Source: Zootoca vivipara
Taxonomy: Eukaryota
Direction: 5' to 3'
Assembly (NCBI RefSeq): GCF_963506605.1
Contig: NC_083279.1
Location: 24,242,001 to 24,306,000 of the forward strand
Length of the DNA: 64,000 bases
How positions within the stretch are numbered: the first letter of the stretch is position 1; each line of letters starts with the position of its first letter. The notes beneath the pieces were generated by a model. The model saw only the letters and a list, made by a program, of their open reading frames with translations. It did not search any database and was not told the origin of the DNA. Shown here in pieces: positions 25,383 to 39,163 of the stretch. The position numbers and the translations under genes were made by a program.

Positions 25383-27770
25383 TAAAATCAGCCTCATTAA
25401 CTGCATAAACTAGTGACAAATATAAACGGTTGTTCTGCAGCTAATTAATCTTTTGAATTGTAGACCCAATCCATTTACACCGATGTATAGGATCCCATTC
25501 ACGGGACACTTTTTCCTTGAAGCAAAAAGAAAAGAAAAGTGTGCTTTATGTCAAAAAATATGCTGTTTTGTATCAATTTTTACATTGGTTTTAAATAATA
25601 ATAATTAAACACCAATGTGCATTACTCAGCATTCTAGCAAGGAATGGTGTTCCTCAAGGATGATAATCACACAGCCTCCCTTTTTACGCACTGTTTGTTT
25701 ATTTTATTTTATTTCCAAATGATAAATAATAATAATAATAAATTTGAGTCCTCCTTTTGTTTAGAGAAATTCATTTCCTTGATTGGAGGGCCAAAATGAA
25801 AGATTTATAGATGCCTGTTTCTCATTGGGAAGAAGGAAAGCGATCTGTTTGCAGGAGTTATATTTTCAGGCACTTTGCTGAGGCACCCCAACCCCCCTCG
25901 GTTCCTGACTGTAAAATAAGAAAACTATTACCCAGCTGGGGTAACAATAGGCTCCCACAGTGCTTTTCTGCTCAGACCGCAGCTGCCAGTGAAAGTGGAA
26001 ACTACAACAGCAGGATAACATTCTTTTCTTACAGCCTGTTTCTATGGACAAGGAGCCCTCCCACTGACTCAGTGTATTTTCTATGCAAAACTGCAGAAGA
26101 AGTGACATTTTAAAAGTTTTGACCTTTGTTGTGTGTATTTGTGTGTGTGTTTTAATAAAAAAAGGGGGTTTCTCTCTTGCGCTTTCTCCCCCCCCTTTTT
26201 GCACGAACCAATGTATACATTTTGCAACCTGACAGCATGTCTGTTAAGAGTAGCAATAGTCATTACTGTAATAATGAAATGTTTCAAAATTTGAAAATTT
26301 TGTGCAGATAACCTTTGTCTGGGAAACAGTCGCAATGTGGAAGGTGGCTCTACTTCTGTGATTGTTGCGGGGAAAACAGACGAAGGGGACAGACATCAAA
26401 AGAACCTTGGAGAACAGCACTGCTCCTAGTGTTTATGGCGTTCCTTTGTGATTCTTAATACAACTGTCTAAAGCAAAAACATAGATGATCACTGAATATT
26501 TTGGGATATATTCAGGGAGTGCAAGTTCCCAAAATCTGATGGCATGAGTTCTGCTGTTGCTGCTTTAAAAAGAAAGAAAGAAAGAAAAAGCCAAAGCTGC
26601 TGGTAACATTTGTTTGAAATTTGCAAATAAATGTTTGTGTTGTGAGCTGTTTTCTTCCAACTCTGGAACAAGTGGTAGTCCCTGGAGTGGGAGAAACTAG
26701 AAAGGAAAGAAATCAGGCCAGATTGGCAGTAGGATATGGCAATTCTGCATCTTCCAGCATGTTATTGTCTTTTTCCTGACCAACTGCCCTAGATTATAGC
26801 TTATTAAAGATCCCATAGCCAGTGGAAAATTTTGCAAAAGCTCATCATGACAGCCCCATGATATCTCATAGTAATACCTCAGGTAAGGGAGCAGTGGCGA
26901 TCCATTATATATAGCTCCTCAAGAGCAGCAGTTCATAGAATAATATCCAATTTATTAGGCTCAGCTGACGGTAATAGTATATTGAGCTAATAAAGGATGG
27001 AACTAGCATGTTGGAGTTGGGCTGGGAGAACCTGGGGCAACATCTCTGTTCAACCACATGGCATGACTTCAATCCTATGCGTAAAATAGGAAATAAGTAC
27101 CATTGAACTCAGTGATGCTTACTTCCGCTAGCCTTCATTCAACTTATAAAAGACAATAAACAAAATATCTTCAACCATCTAAAATGCAACCTGTAGCTTT
27201 TTGTTAGAAATGCAATCCATTTAAATTGGAAGTCTATCAAAAGAAAGGCATATCTAGGCTCTGCTGCATTATTATCCCCATTCTCTGACTTCCTCCATGC
27301 TAATCCATCACAAACAATAGCAAAACTTGAAACAGTACACAATATTGTACTGTTGGTGGGTTACATTTTGCAACCCACCCTGGACTTTTTGGTGAAGGGT
27401 GGGTAAGAAAATAACAGCAAAATCGTCATCACTGAAAGCCTCTCATTGTCACATTCAACTTCGAGAGGAAGGCAAGTTGGCTACATACCGTAATTGCTCC
27501 AGCTCTGAAAAAATCCTGGAGGTGCACTACCTCCCCCCCCCAAGCCCCCAGTTCTCTCTCCACTATACAACTGCCCATAGCTGTGGCATGAAGTTATTAT
27601 AATGGCACAATCCCATAAGCCACTACATCATCAAGTGCTATAGGGAATTTGCCCTTTACACAGCTGCCACACGCTGGGTCAACATTTTCATGGAGGTATG
27701 CACCAACAGCAGTCATTTCCAGCTCAGACCTCACAATCATATATGTGAAATTAGGATTATATATATATAT

Positions 27771-28125
27771 AAAGGTAAAGGTAAAGGGACCCCTGACCAT
27801 TAGGTCCAGTCGTGACCGACTCTGGGGTTGCGCGCTCATCTCGCATGATTGGCCAAGGGAGCCGGCGTATAGCTTCCAGGTCATGTGGCCAGCATGACAA
27901 AGCCGCTTCTGGCAAACCAGAGCAGCACATGGAAACGCCGTTTACCTTCCCGCTGTAGCGGTTCCTATTTATCTACTTGCATTTTGATGTGCTTTCGAAC
28001 TGCTAGGTTGGCAGGAGCTGGGACCGAGCAACAGGAGCTCACCCCGTTGCAGGGATTCGAACCGCCGACCTACTGATCAGCAAGCCCTAGACTCTGTGAT
28101 TTAACCACAGCGCCACCTGGGTCCC
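27771..28125 (-). mobile_element. Sauria SINE inserted in an (AT)n run
   Basis: Same body as other copies; (TA)n on both flanks. Confidence 0.93.
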
Positions 28126-28149
28126 TCATATATATATATATATATTGCA

Positions 28150-29050
28150 CTGAATCACATTTGCTGCTTCAATCCCCTTTCACCTTGTTTGGAGAGATTT
28201 ATTTCTTTATTTTGGAGCTCCTCACAATCCCTTTTTTGTTCTTACTACCCTGAACAATTTGGTGCTATCAGCAAACTTTGTCACCTCACTGCACACCCCT
28301 ATCTCCAGGTTATGAAGAAGGTAAAAAGTCCATGACCCCAATACTGATCCTTGAAAGACCCTATTACTTTCATCCCTCCATTGTGAGAACCGTCCGTTTC
28401 TTCCTACTTTCTAGTTTACCGGTACTTTCTTCCTTTAACCAGTTACTGACCCATAAGAGGATCTGTCCTCTTATCTCATTACTGGTAAGCTTCCCCAGGA
28501 TTCTTTGGTGAGGGACTTTTATCAAAAGCTTTCTGAAAGTCTAAGTTCACAGTGTGTACTGCATCACCCCGATCCACATGCTTACTGACACTCTCAAACA
28601 ACTCTGAAAGTTACGGTAGTTAGACAAGACCTACTCATGCTGAAGCCATGATGGTACTTCTCCAGCAGGACTTATATATGTTTGACAATTCTAATTTTAA
28701 TAATGCTCTCCACCATTTTTCTCTAAACAACCAACCTCTAATTTCCCAGATCCTCCCTGAATTCCATTTTTAAAAGTGTTCTATTTATGGTTCTCACATA
28801 TGGGGGTTGAACTTACAAACAAGTACTATATCTTTGTTAGAAGATCAGTAAATTAAATTCTTTTAAACTCTTCACTGAATACCACCAGTCCGTGCGACTT
28901 TTTACCGCAGTTCCTCAGACTACCTTCCTGAGAAAGTTATTTCAGGCATAGGTCCTTGCATCTTCCGTGATGAAATATGTAAATAATTAGTTCAGTCTCA
29001 CTGCAATTACCTTACTCCATTGCCTCCTTTTTACCATCTCCCTAGCCAGT
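28150..29050 (-). mobile_element. Old CR1 LINE reverse-transcriptase remnant
   Basis: Minus strand encodes LDFQKAFDK (~28520-28545) and KFADSTKL (~28257-28280); boundaries approximate. Confidence 0.7.
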
Positions 29051-29295
29051 TTCCTGCTCCTAATGGATTTTTTTTAAATTATTTTTATTATTAGCTTTAA
29101 TGTTTATAGTGATGTGTTCTGTAAATTCTTTTTCTGCATCCCTTATTGTTGTTGCTTCCAAGCATTCTGGAGTGGCGGGGGGGGGGGAAGTATATCCATT
29201 CTGAGTTCTCAATGTAACACAGCACCCAAGAGCTTGTCTGGCCATAATATCGCTGTCCAGGGTGAACACAGCTCCTCGGTCTACACAACTATTGA

Positions 29296-29296
<1 letters not shown>

Positions 29297-29343
<47 letters not shown>
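29297..29343. repeat. (TG)n microsatellite
   Basis: Visible dinucleotide run. Confidence 0.95.
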
Positions 29344-29349
<6 letters not shown>

Positions 29350-30847
29350 TAGTTTCGTAAAACATTTGAGCAATTAATTGAGTAGGGCAACCTTCTCCAA
29401 CCTGGTGCCCTCCGGATGTGTGGGACTACAACTCCCATCATTCCTAACTATTGACCATGCTGCCTGGGGGTGATGGAAGTTGGCATTCAACGACCGGGTT
29501 GGGTAAGACTGAACTAAGGCATGGAATTTAGCAGACTGAAGGTCTTCTGTAACAAATAGCATAACAAATTATGCATGCAGAGGATCAGCGACATTTGCAC
29601 AGCCAATCTATTAAAAAGGGTATTAATTGTCCTAGATTACCCAGGTAAAAAAATACAGCACTCTGATCCAAAAAAGTGGACTACATGATCAGGCTACATA
29701 TAGACTCAAAGGAGCAAACGGGAAACAAGAGCACATCAACTTCTCAGTAAAAAGATGATAAAAGATGATAAAAGAAATAGAACACAAAAGAGGAAAACAA
29801 ATAGAACAGAAATCCAAATCTATCAACTCTTTGAGAATAAAACCAATGAACTGTTATTCAATACTTATAGGGAGTAGGCAGAAGTCTAATTTTAACTTCG
29901 ACCACCTACTCAGGTCTCATAGCAACAACCCCTTGGCTTTCTTTCACAATATTTTAAATGGACTTGCAAAATAGTGAACTTGCTTCTTTTATAGATGCAC
30001 CTTTGCAAACATAGGTTTGATATTTTTGCTGGGTTGGGGGAGGCACATACATACATTCTCACGAAGTGCACTGTGCTTGGGTCATTATTTTTTCACAAGG
30101 GAAATTCATTTCATAGCTTCATCATACCAGATAGCGACGACAACAACAACAAAAATCCTAGTTCACACATATCACATTTTCCATGGAAGTTATATTTGAC
30201 AGTGTGATTTTTCTTCAGCAGCACAACCATGGATGCTGCTAGCAATTAATAAAGCTAAAGGAAGCAAATAAGTAAGTATCCGGAGGAATGAATGAAAACT
30301 GTATCCCAGGAGCAGTTCATTAAATCAGCTCATTTAGAAGTCAAAAGGAGGTGGCATGGAGGTGGCATAATGCTTAAGAAGTTCACCCATAAATATATAA
30401 TTAAAACCAACAACAAGTTCCTGATATAGCTAAGCTAGTTATATAAGGTCTTACAAAAGCTTCACATTCTTTTCTTTTCTTTTTTTCATTACTTGTTGTT
30501 CTTTCTGCTTAAAGTTCACTCAAGGTCAATAACAGATGAGTGAGTGCTCTTATAGAAAGATGCAGGCACAAGTGAGACTTTCAACAAAACATGGCAGTGC
30601 AGAGTAGGGCTGGGCAATATCTGGTTTTCAACATCGCGATATATCACCAGCTAAACATTGTGATATACTGATATATCATGATGTCTGAAACAAGGATGGA
30701 ACTAAAACAGTAGGGCTGGGTGATATGTGGTTTTTCCACTTTGCTATATACCACCAGCTAAACACCTGATGACTTTCCCCCAGCAAATGCCCCCACATTT
30801 GTCTTATGATGCAAACGCTGTTTTAGGAACCCCTTGTTTGCATCTTA

Positions 30848-31060
30848 GGCTACAATCTTATATCCACATGCCTAGGAGTTAGCCACACTGAATTCAGTGG
30901 GACTTACTTTCACGTAGACATGCATAGGATTGTGCTATTAATGATTGATCCTGCCCTCACTGCCTCCTATCACTTAAGCTGCAATCATAAATATACTTAG
31001 ACTGGAGTAAGTTCAACTGAACTCACTAGGGCTTATTTCTGAGCAGACATGTGATAGGAC
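30848..31060. mobile_element. Two copies of an ~85-bp palindromic dispersed repeat (CAATCCT..GGAGTAAG..GACTTA(C/T)TT..AGGATTG); further copies near 17320, 27070, 37100, 56860
   Basis: Recurrent degenerate motif with inverted ends; MITE-like, family not assigned. Confidence 0.55.
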
Positions 31061-32038
31061 TTCATGCATTTTCCTGCATATTCAGGAGCACCATACTCAA
31101 AACTAATCGATTGGAAGACTTTTCCATGACAAAAGTCATGATGATTTGTAACTTATAACAAATGTGTCCCACATTTTATCGTTGTCCATCTGCTTTAGGG
31201 GTTTCTTAGCTTTGTTCACATAGTTTCTATCGAATCCAGGATTCAAGGATATAAAGCACAGTCTGCAATCATAGGTACACAGATTCTTCTACTGCAGCTA
31301 AAATGAGATTTTAACTCTGGCAAGTGAAGCACAGCTTCTAGACTATTTTAAGAGAGGAACCATACAAACATCAAAAGGTATAATGAGCCTTATGTTTTAT
31401 TCATATTGGGTGATATTAGGCCTAATCCTGTGAGCCCTTGCTCATGTGAACAATGCTTAAGACTTCAAAAAGTCTGTTTTGTTGTCAAGAGGTTTCCTTC
31501 ACAATGGAGCCCAGGGTTTGACAAGAATAAGCTGACTACATAGTGCAACATGGCCAATTAAGAAAAACTTGAGATTTTTCTTTCAAATTCCAAGCATATT
31601 TGGAGTCAGTTAATAAGGCCCAGAACTATGTGTAGCTGTGGGCTCAAACTATTGGACAAGAACATACTTATAGTTCAGCCCTCAAACTGGAACATTTGGG
31701 GGGGGGGTTATTGGGTGAGCAAAACACACACTTTGGTTTAGCCAGTTCTTTGGGAGTGCAAGCTCAGGACAGCATTCTCTAGCCCCAACGTCTGTTTTCC
31801 AAGGATTCAGAAAATATGTAAATGTAGCACTGTAATTTCTCCCTGAACGTTGAGGCATTTGGATGAAAACTTCTAAAATAAGTCACATGTGGTATTTCCC
31901 TTTAATAGTGAAATATCAGGATGTATATGGGTATCCACTAACAGAAGAGCCTACAGTCACACCCACACCATAGATTTAAAGCGCTCTTATATCACTTTTA
32001 ACAGTCACTGAGAACCTTGAGAACCGTAGTGCTGACCT

Positions 32039-32543
32039 AGGAGATTGCAAAAGGAGATCAAAAATTATTTATGTATGCAACAACCGCGGCTAGCACTTTA
32101 TTAGCCCAAAAATGGAAAATACAGAAGTTACCGACTATTGAGGAGTGGCAGACGAAGATGATTGACTATGCAGAGTTAGCAAAGTTGACCTACGGGATCC
32201 GAAACCAGGGAGAGACAAAGTTCCAAAAGGAATGGAGTAAAATTGTGGGCTATATGGAGAAGAACTGTAGAAGTTTAAAGACACTTGCAGGACTGAAATA
32301 AATCCTACGAATTGGTTTTAATTAGTTGGACTGAAAGAAACTGTGAGATAAGAATGGGAAAGAAAACCGAATGATGGGAGGGAGGGAAGTCAAAGCTCGG
32401 CAAAGCAAAATGAACCAAAATAGGTGAATAGAAGATAAAATGTAACAATCTATGTTTTTTTGTTTTTTTGTTGTTGTTTTTGTTGTTGTTTGATGTTGTT
32501 TATTTGGAAATTTAATAAAAATTATCTTTTTTTTAAAAAAAAA
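32039..32543 (+). mobile_element. L1 LINE 3' end (ORF2 C-terminus, 3' UTR, poly-A)
   Basis: ORF 32071-32301 MYATTAASTLLAQKWK..PTIEEWQTK resembles the reptile L1 ORF2 end; AATAAA plus A-rich tail; TSD CCGTAGTGCTGACCT (32024-32038, 32549-32563). Confidence 0.85.
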
Positions 32544-32924
32544 GAGAGCCGTAGTGCTGACCTCACAGGGGTACAGTTCCCAGCACCATTAACAGTCTGC
32601 AGTTCCCAGGACTCCCCAGAACCGTTCGAGTGGTATAAGAGGTTTTAAATGTCTGAGATGGTATTCAACTCACTTTTATACATAGTAGACCCACTGAGAT
32701 GAATGAACATGACTAAGTTAGGTCCACTAATTTTAATAAATCTACTCTGAGTAAAAGTGAGTTGAATACCACCTATGGTGTGGATGGTAGGTGCATTTCA
32801 AGCATAAACGCCATCCATTTCTATTGTACATTTCAAGTAAGAATGCCAGCTTAACATTCTCAAAGGAAAAATGTAAACTACGGTTTGTAAATCACGGCAA
32901 ACCATAGTTAATTACTGCTCTCAC

Positions 32925-32955
<31 letters not shown>

Positions 32956-32985
32956 CAAACAAGCAAACAAACAAGCTTAGACTTA

Positions 32986-33078
32986 ACAAAACAAAAAAAA
33001 TTCCTTCCAGTAGCACCTTAGAGACCAACTAAGTTTGTCATAGGTATGAGCTTTCGTGTGCATGCACACTTCTTCAGA
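32986..33078 (-). mobile_element. Penelope-like element terminal fragment containing a minimal hammerhead ribozyme core
   Basis: GTAGCACCTTAGAGACCAAC...GCTTTCGTGTGCATGCACACTTCTTCAG; minus strand has CUGAaGA-stemII-GAAA; flanking direct repeat AGACTTA. Confidence 0.75.
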
Positions 33079-35761
33079 CTTATGTGTGAACTGGGGACTG
33101 CAGTTTGTTTCATTCAAACAGGCCACAGGTGATAAGCCATGGAAATAACCTAGGTTTAGCATTGTGTTTTTCAGCGAAGTATAACAATTGTCTATGTGAT
33201 GTCACCCTTGAATACTGATATATCAAAATGTATTCTGGAATACGCATTCTAAGTCCTTAGCCCAAGGCTCCATGCCAATAGTAAGAAGGGCAGGGAAACA
33301 CAGCAAAATAAGTAACATGGCTTAACGATTGAGATATCTCAATAACCACATTCAGGCACTTTTCAAGAGTTAAGAGTATGGAAAGGGGTGGAGACATGCA
33401 AGCATGCCTCCCCGCAATGTCCCTGCACATGTGGGCTCCTAATTTTGTGTGGTTATAATTGCACGGAGCCTCCCTCTGCCCCAAGTTAGCTGGAGGTGGT
33501 TAGAGGCCCTTTCAGACCTTTGGGCTTCAAATATGAAAGTTTTGGGGGAGGAGTAACCCCAACGAACAGAGAAGTTGGAATGGGGTTGTGCGCGTGTGTC
33601 CATCCCTTTACACATGTTGAATCTTCTCTTGATTAGGCTAAATGTCTGAACAGGGCTGATAAATCCTGGTATGTACTTCTTCATCAGTACAACACCTTGA
33701 TCTCTGCAACCATTCTAAAAAAAGGAGGGACGAAAAACGCAAAAGACATTTGGCTAGGTCCAGCAGTGCCCACCTGAAAGTAGAAGACCTTCTTCATGAG
33801 CAGAAGGATGTTTTCCAGTTTGGTGCGAGATCTTTGCCTGAGAAAAGCACAAGTTACGGACCAACCACCTTTCCAAATAGAAGCCAAAAGCAGCCCACCA
33901 GCCATGTTTGACAATCTGCCAGGAACTCCTGGTTTTGCTGCCTGTCTGGACTGCAGAATTGGGGGGCAGGGGTGCCAAGCACAGAACAGGGGGGAAATGC
34001 ACCACTAGTGGACTGCACTCAGTTGGGTAACTAGCTGTATACAGTCATGCCTTATTGCATCTAAAATTTCAGCTTTTTCAGGATATTGTTCTTATGGTGT
34101 AGCATGTATTCATGTTGTACTCCAGTATGAGGAAACTTGTATCTAGCATCTGAAACCAGCAGAATTTGGATAATGGTTCCACAATAAATCTAAGGTGTGA
34201 TTGTCTTTATAGCCAATGCTGTTTGATGTATTCAACAGTTATCTTTTGAGCTGCTTTTTCTTATAAAACCTGGTGTGTGCATTGTCCATATTTCAACCAC
34301 AGCAATACGCTAAAAAATAATTTGAGTAGAATATGAAACATACAGTATTCCATTCTAAGTAGTTTGCATGCAACCCCAGCCACAAATGTAGAGACGTTTT
34401 AGCTGCTTACACAAAACATCAATTTTATTATAGCTATCAATCTGAGCAAATAACCTACTTTGTTAATATTGCAAACAGTTTCCCCTGCTCCCTTTATTAT
34501 TCACATGGTTGAACCGTAAGTATGGGTCGAAGAAGATCCTTGCACACCCCACATTCTCTTGCAAATGCAGCCTTCCCCACAAAAACAAACCCTGAATGAA
34601 AGCACCAATCACTCATTTATCCCTTGCAGCTGTAAATCTAGCTCTGGTTTAAGATTCAGAGATCGATTTTGTGCACATGCCCCCCAAAATCATTCTTGTT
34701 TCTGCATTCCGGTGGTTAGTACCACATGCTTCCTAGCTTGTTTGTTTTTAATTGGAAATCATCTCACTTCAAGAAGAGCCGCAACAACTCTTCTTTTCAT
34801 GTGGGTAATGTGACTGTGTGCAAGAATCTATTTGCATATTACTTTGCCTTTCACAAAATGGTACAGCCACAGGACTTCATTATGATGTGTGTATAGGCTG
34901 GTTTTGACTTATTTATCCAGGGCTATTATGTTCTGTAATGAAGCATCTTCTTTTTTTACTCCTACCACACACCCCTCTCCTGGTAATAGGATTAGAAGAT
35001 GGTTGCTTCCTCTGTAAAGGACTTGAAGATAGTACACCCTATTATAGTTCCTATAGTGAAAAATGTAAACACAACAAAGGGGGAAGAGAAGGCTTAAAAA
35101 GAATCCAGTTTTAAAGGTTGCTCACAAATCGCAAATCTGGGATGGTAAACGTTCAGAATGCTCTGTTGTTTTCCCTCAATCCTATATAACAATGTGGCTA
35201 AATTCAAGGGGGGTGGGGTTAGAAGGACTTTTTCTTTAATTAAAAAAAGGACATAAAATTAACAAAACGAAAAGAAACAGGAAACTCTATCAAGCTTTAG
35301 GCCAACTGAACTTTTAAGGGCAGTGAGTTGATATGTTTTTGTTTTGTTGTTGTTGTTTTTGGTCCTGTCTCTGCCATTCCTTTACCCATTAAAGATTCTA
35401 TTCCAGGAATCACGCTGAATGACACAGTTTCTCCTTTCTGTGAAAGAAATTCCTCTCCTCTCTTTTGTCTCTCACCTCCCACTTGTCTTACCCTCCCTTC
35501 TAGGCCCTCATCTTTACTACTTTATGCCCAATCGCTCCTATTCAGCAGCACAGTCTCTTTTCTCTCCTACAACGGCAGGTTGCCCCCCTCCCCCTTGGGG
35601 CTGTGTGCAGATTAAGCGCAAAACAGAAACCCCCAGTATCTGAAACCTCCAAGCACATATTGAACTACACTACAGAACAGTTCTTCCTCCTCTCTAAGGA
35701 CAAGGTGGTACCAGCCACAATGCAAAATATTTCCTACATTCACATATATTGGTCTGGTGCG

Positions 35762-35762
<1 letters not shown>

Positions 35763-35815
<53 letters not shown>
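35763..35815. repeat. (TTA)n microsatellite
   Basis: Visible trinucleotide run. Confidence 0.95.
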
Positions 35816-36268
35816 TAGCTATGTGTAAATTATTTACTATAGGGTTCCTCCCCAAGGAAAGTGCTTTGTTAAGCTCATGTGATGCCTTTTAATACATTGC
35901 CAGCTTTCTGAAGCCTCATAGTGTTGTTGCTAGCTGTGTTTCTCATTTATTAGCCATTACAGCAGAGATAGTCCAGAATTGCAACTTTGCCTTGGAAACT
36001 TTCCGGATATTCACTTCTCTCCCAAAACGAAAGGTTCACTCCCCGTGTACTCTTGCTTGCATATTCAATGGGCCATATCCTTCATTTCAACTATCTCTCA
36101 GCATTATTGATCTCATTCATCTAGATTTAGCTTCACTCATGAACTAACACCAAACCAAACAAAAAGAAGAGGAAAGGATAAGGAGGGGAAGTGTTTGTCA
36201 GAGATCACGGAAGAGCTTTCTGTTGGTGGTGGTGGTGATGGTGAGCTACAGGACACAGGGATCTGAAT

Positions 36269-36609
36269 ACAGTGGTACCTCGGTTTATGAACACAATTGG
36301 TTCCGGAGGTCTGTTCATAAACTGAAGCGTTCATAAACTGAAGCGAACTTTCCCATTGAAAGTAATGGAAAGTGGATTAATCCATTCCAGACGGGTCCGC
36401 GGAGTACTCAACCTGAAGCGTACTTAACCTGAAGCATGGGTGTAATTTGTTCCAGAAGTCTGTTCATAAACTGAAGCATTCATAAACTGAAGCGAACTTT
36501 CCCATTGAAAGTAATGAAAAGTGAATTAATCTGTTCCAGATGGGTCCGCGGCGTTCGTAAACCGAAAATTCGTAAACCGAGGTGTTCATAAACCGAGGTT
36601 CCACTGTAT
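36269..36609. mobile_element. Tc1/mariner MITE, same family as 15230-15692
   Basis: TA-flanked TIRs CAGTGGTACCTCGGTTTATGAAC / GTTCATAAACCGAGGTTCCACTG; shared AACTTTCCCATTGAAAGTAATG unit. Confidence 0.85.
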
Positions 36610-38317
36610 ACAAAAAAGTTGCACTTTTCACAGGTGGAAAATAGGGGGACCACATATATAGGGGCACTAGGAAATTCTCATTATTTCATCTATAAGGAAT
36701 TCATACAGAGAGCTCACAGGAGGTACTTAAGAAAAAGTGCATTGCAAACAACAAAGGCTCTCTCTCCCCATCTCTAGAATGGCAACCAAAGAGAAGCAGT
36801 TTGCCAAGTGACAAGGCAGCTCATCATCATCCCAAACTGCATGACAAAGGCAGGGAGGCAGCAGCTCCCAAAGGCTACAAACCAACTGCTCCTAGAAGTT
36901 GCCTTGCAGACAGATGCTGTGCTGGGAATTTCTACTTGACAGAGCAGCACATGAGCTCCCTTTTGCAAGATCGACTCGGACAATCTGGAGGAGGTGGAGA
37001 GATGCTTCAGAAGCAACAGCCTGCTTTCCCCTTGCTGCACAAAGTTATCATTGACATGGACTAGTCCAATTAAACCTGTTGCCAAACCCAAGTGTCTATG
37101 GTTGCAATCCTAACACACGCTTTCCTAGGAATGAGTAACAACTGAACAGAGTGGGAGTAACTTTCGAGCGAACCCATGTAGGAATGCACTGCCTGCGTGT
37201 TTCTGGTATTGCGAGTTATGTTATACGAGTAAGGAAATTGCCTTCACAAACGGCCCATGAAACAATCAGCTGTGGTGTTTTTCTGGGGGGAAAGAAGTAC
37301 TAAAGATGTAAATTTACACTGATATTAAAATAGTGTCGTCAGGTTGTACATGATGCTGTGATCTTCATCCTTTGTGGTTCATTCAGTGGCTTTCTATAAC
37401 GGCATTCTGCTCCACTTTCCTCAGCCAAATTGGAATATAAAAGGGGCTGGAATGAGCATTAATATAAGAGATGGGCATCTGCTGCTCCTTGTCATTACTT
37501 GGTTTGCAAAATTCATTATTATTCATTCATGATATTCATTTATTTCATCTCTGAGATAATCATTTGGGAGTCTTAAAAAATGCATCACAGTAACATAGTG
37601 AAGGGTAGTTTTATAAATAAGGAAGGCCATAATAGATTAGGAGTGTCAGATAAAAGCACATGTCTCCAGGACCTCCCTAGTCTGCCAACCAATCTGCTGC
37701 TGCAGCTTGGTTGAATTATTCTTCTTCCATGGCAAATGTTTACTGTTTCCATATTTACTGGTAATGATGCTAAGATGCCTAGCCTTAGCCCACACCTTTA
37801 TAGGTGGAGCATTGGCTTTGCATGCAGATAGTCCCAGACTCAGTCCTTGACATATCCAGGTAGGGCTGGAAAGAACCACTGCCAGTCATCATAAGATAAC
37901 ACATAGAAGGATACATAGAAGGTTATCTTATGATGACTTGGCAGGAAGGATTCTGAAGGGCTTCATGTTCCAGGTGGGCCTTGCTTGAGAAACATGTTTT
38001 CCCTGAGCTCTGGTGTGGTCCTGTATCTTCTGTTATATTTTGTTCTTGCCTCCTCTTGTCCTCTGGTTCTGACTTGCCCTTTGATCCTGACTACTAGCTT
38101 GTCCTTCAGCTCCTTCCTCAATTCAAACTCCTGCCCATGGCAAAACTTGAAAAGGTGAGTGGTAGCATATGCTGGGAAGGAACATATCATGCCAGCAAGA
38201 TGCTATTATCAGTATTCTGACCATTTTGTTGCTATTCCTGCTATTCAGAATACAAATATTTTCAAGGCAGACACTCCAGGTTTCTGATTTGATCCTGGAA
38301 TGTCCTGCTTTTCCTTA

Positions 38318-38670
38318 AAGGTAAAGGGTAAAGGGACCCCTGACCATTAGGTCCAGTCGTGACCGACTCTGGGGTTGCGGTGCTCATCTTGCGTAATTGG
38401 CCGAGGGAGCCGGCGTATAGCTTCCAGGTCATGTGGCCAGCATGACAAAGCTGCTTCTGGCGAACCAGAGCAGCACACGGAAATGCTGTTTACCTTCCCG
38501 CTGTAGCAGTACCTATTTATTTACTTGCACTTTGATGTGCTTTCGAACTGCTAGGTGGGCAGGAGCTGGGACCGAGCAACAGGAGTTCACCCCATCGCGG
38601 GGATTCAAACCGCCGATCTTCTGATCGGCAAGCCCTAGGCTCAGTGGTTTAACCCACAGTGCCGCATCCC
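38318..38670 (-). mobile_element. Sauria SINE
   Basis: TSD TTTTCCTTA (38309-38317, 38671-38679). Confidence 0.93.
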
Positions 38671-38741
38671 TTTTCCTTAGGACATCCCAATTTTCATTAG
38701 AGAAATGTTGCACCAGCTGAAGTTTCCTAACCATTTTCAAA

Positions 38742-38876
38742 NNNNNNNNNNNNNNNNNNNNNNNNNNNNNNNNNNNNNNNNNNNNNNNNNNNNNNNNNNN
38801 NNNNNNNNNNNNNNNNNNNNNNNNNNNNNNNNNNNNNNNNNNNNNNNNNNNNNNNNNNNNNNNNNNNNNNNNNNNN
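38742..38876. other. Assembly gap flanked by L2 (left) and RTE (right, ~38877-38962) fragments
   Basis: N run; LKMVRKLQLVQ on minus strand at left; right flank matches the 46800-46900 RTE end. Confidence 0.9.
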
Positions 38877-39163
38877 AGTAAGATTGCCTTCCATGAACAC
38901 AGTCTTAACAGTGACTGTGGAGACCAATTCTGGGTCCACACGTCCTTCCACAGTGGGGATGTCAATAGTGCAGAAGTGGATTTAGGGGAGTGCAACTGGT
39001 TCACATGCACTGGATGCCGAGCTGACAGGGTGCCACTACAATGACTTAGAACAGAAGGCGAGAGGCGGGGGGGGCAGTTGGCATTGCATGGGGTGCTTCT
39101 GAAATTTGAAAGCCAGACGTCTACCACTACAATAGTGCATAGTAACCAAAGCAAAGTTTAATC

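Noticed and set aside
26792-26882. Plus-strand exon candidate ending CAG|GTAAGG
   Set aside because: Stops in all three frames and no partner exons found; cannot be supported
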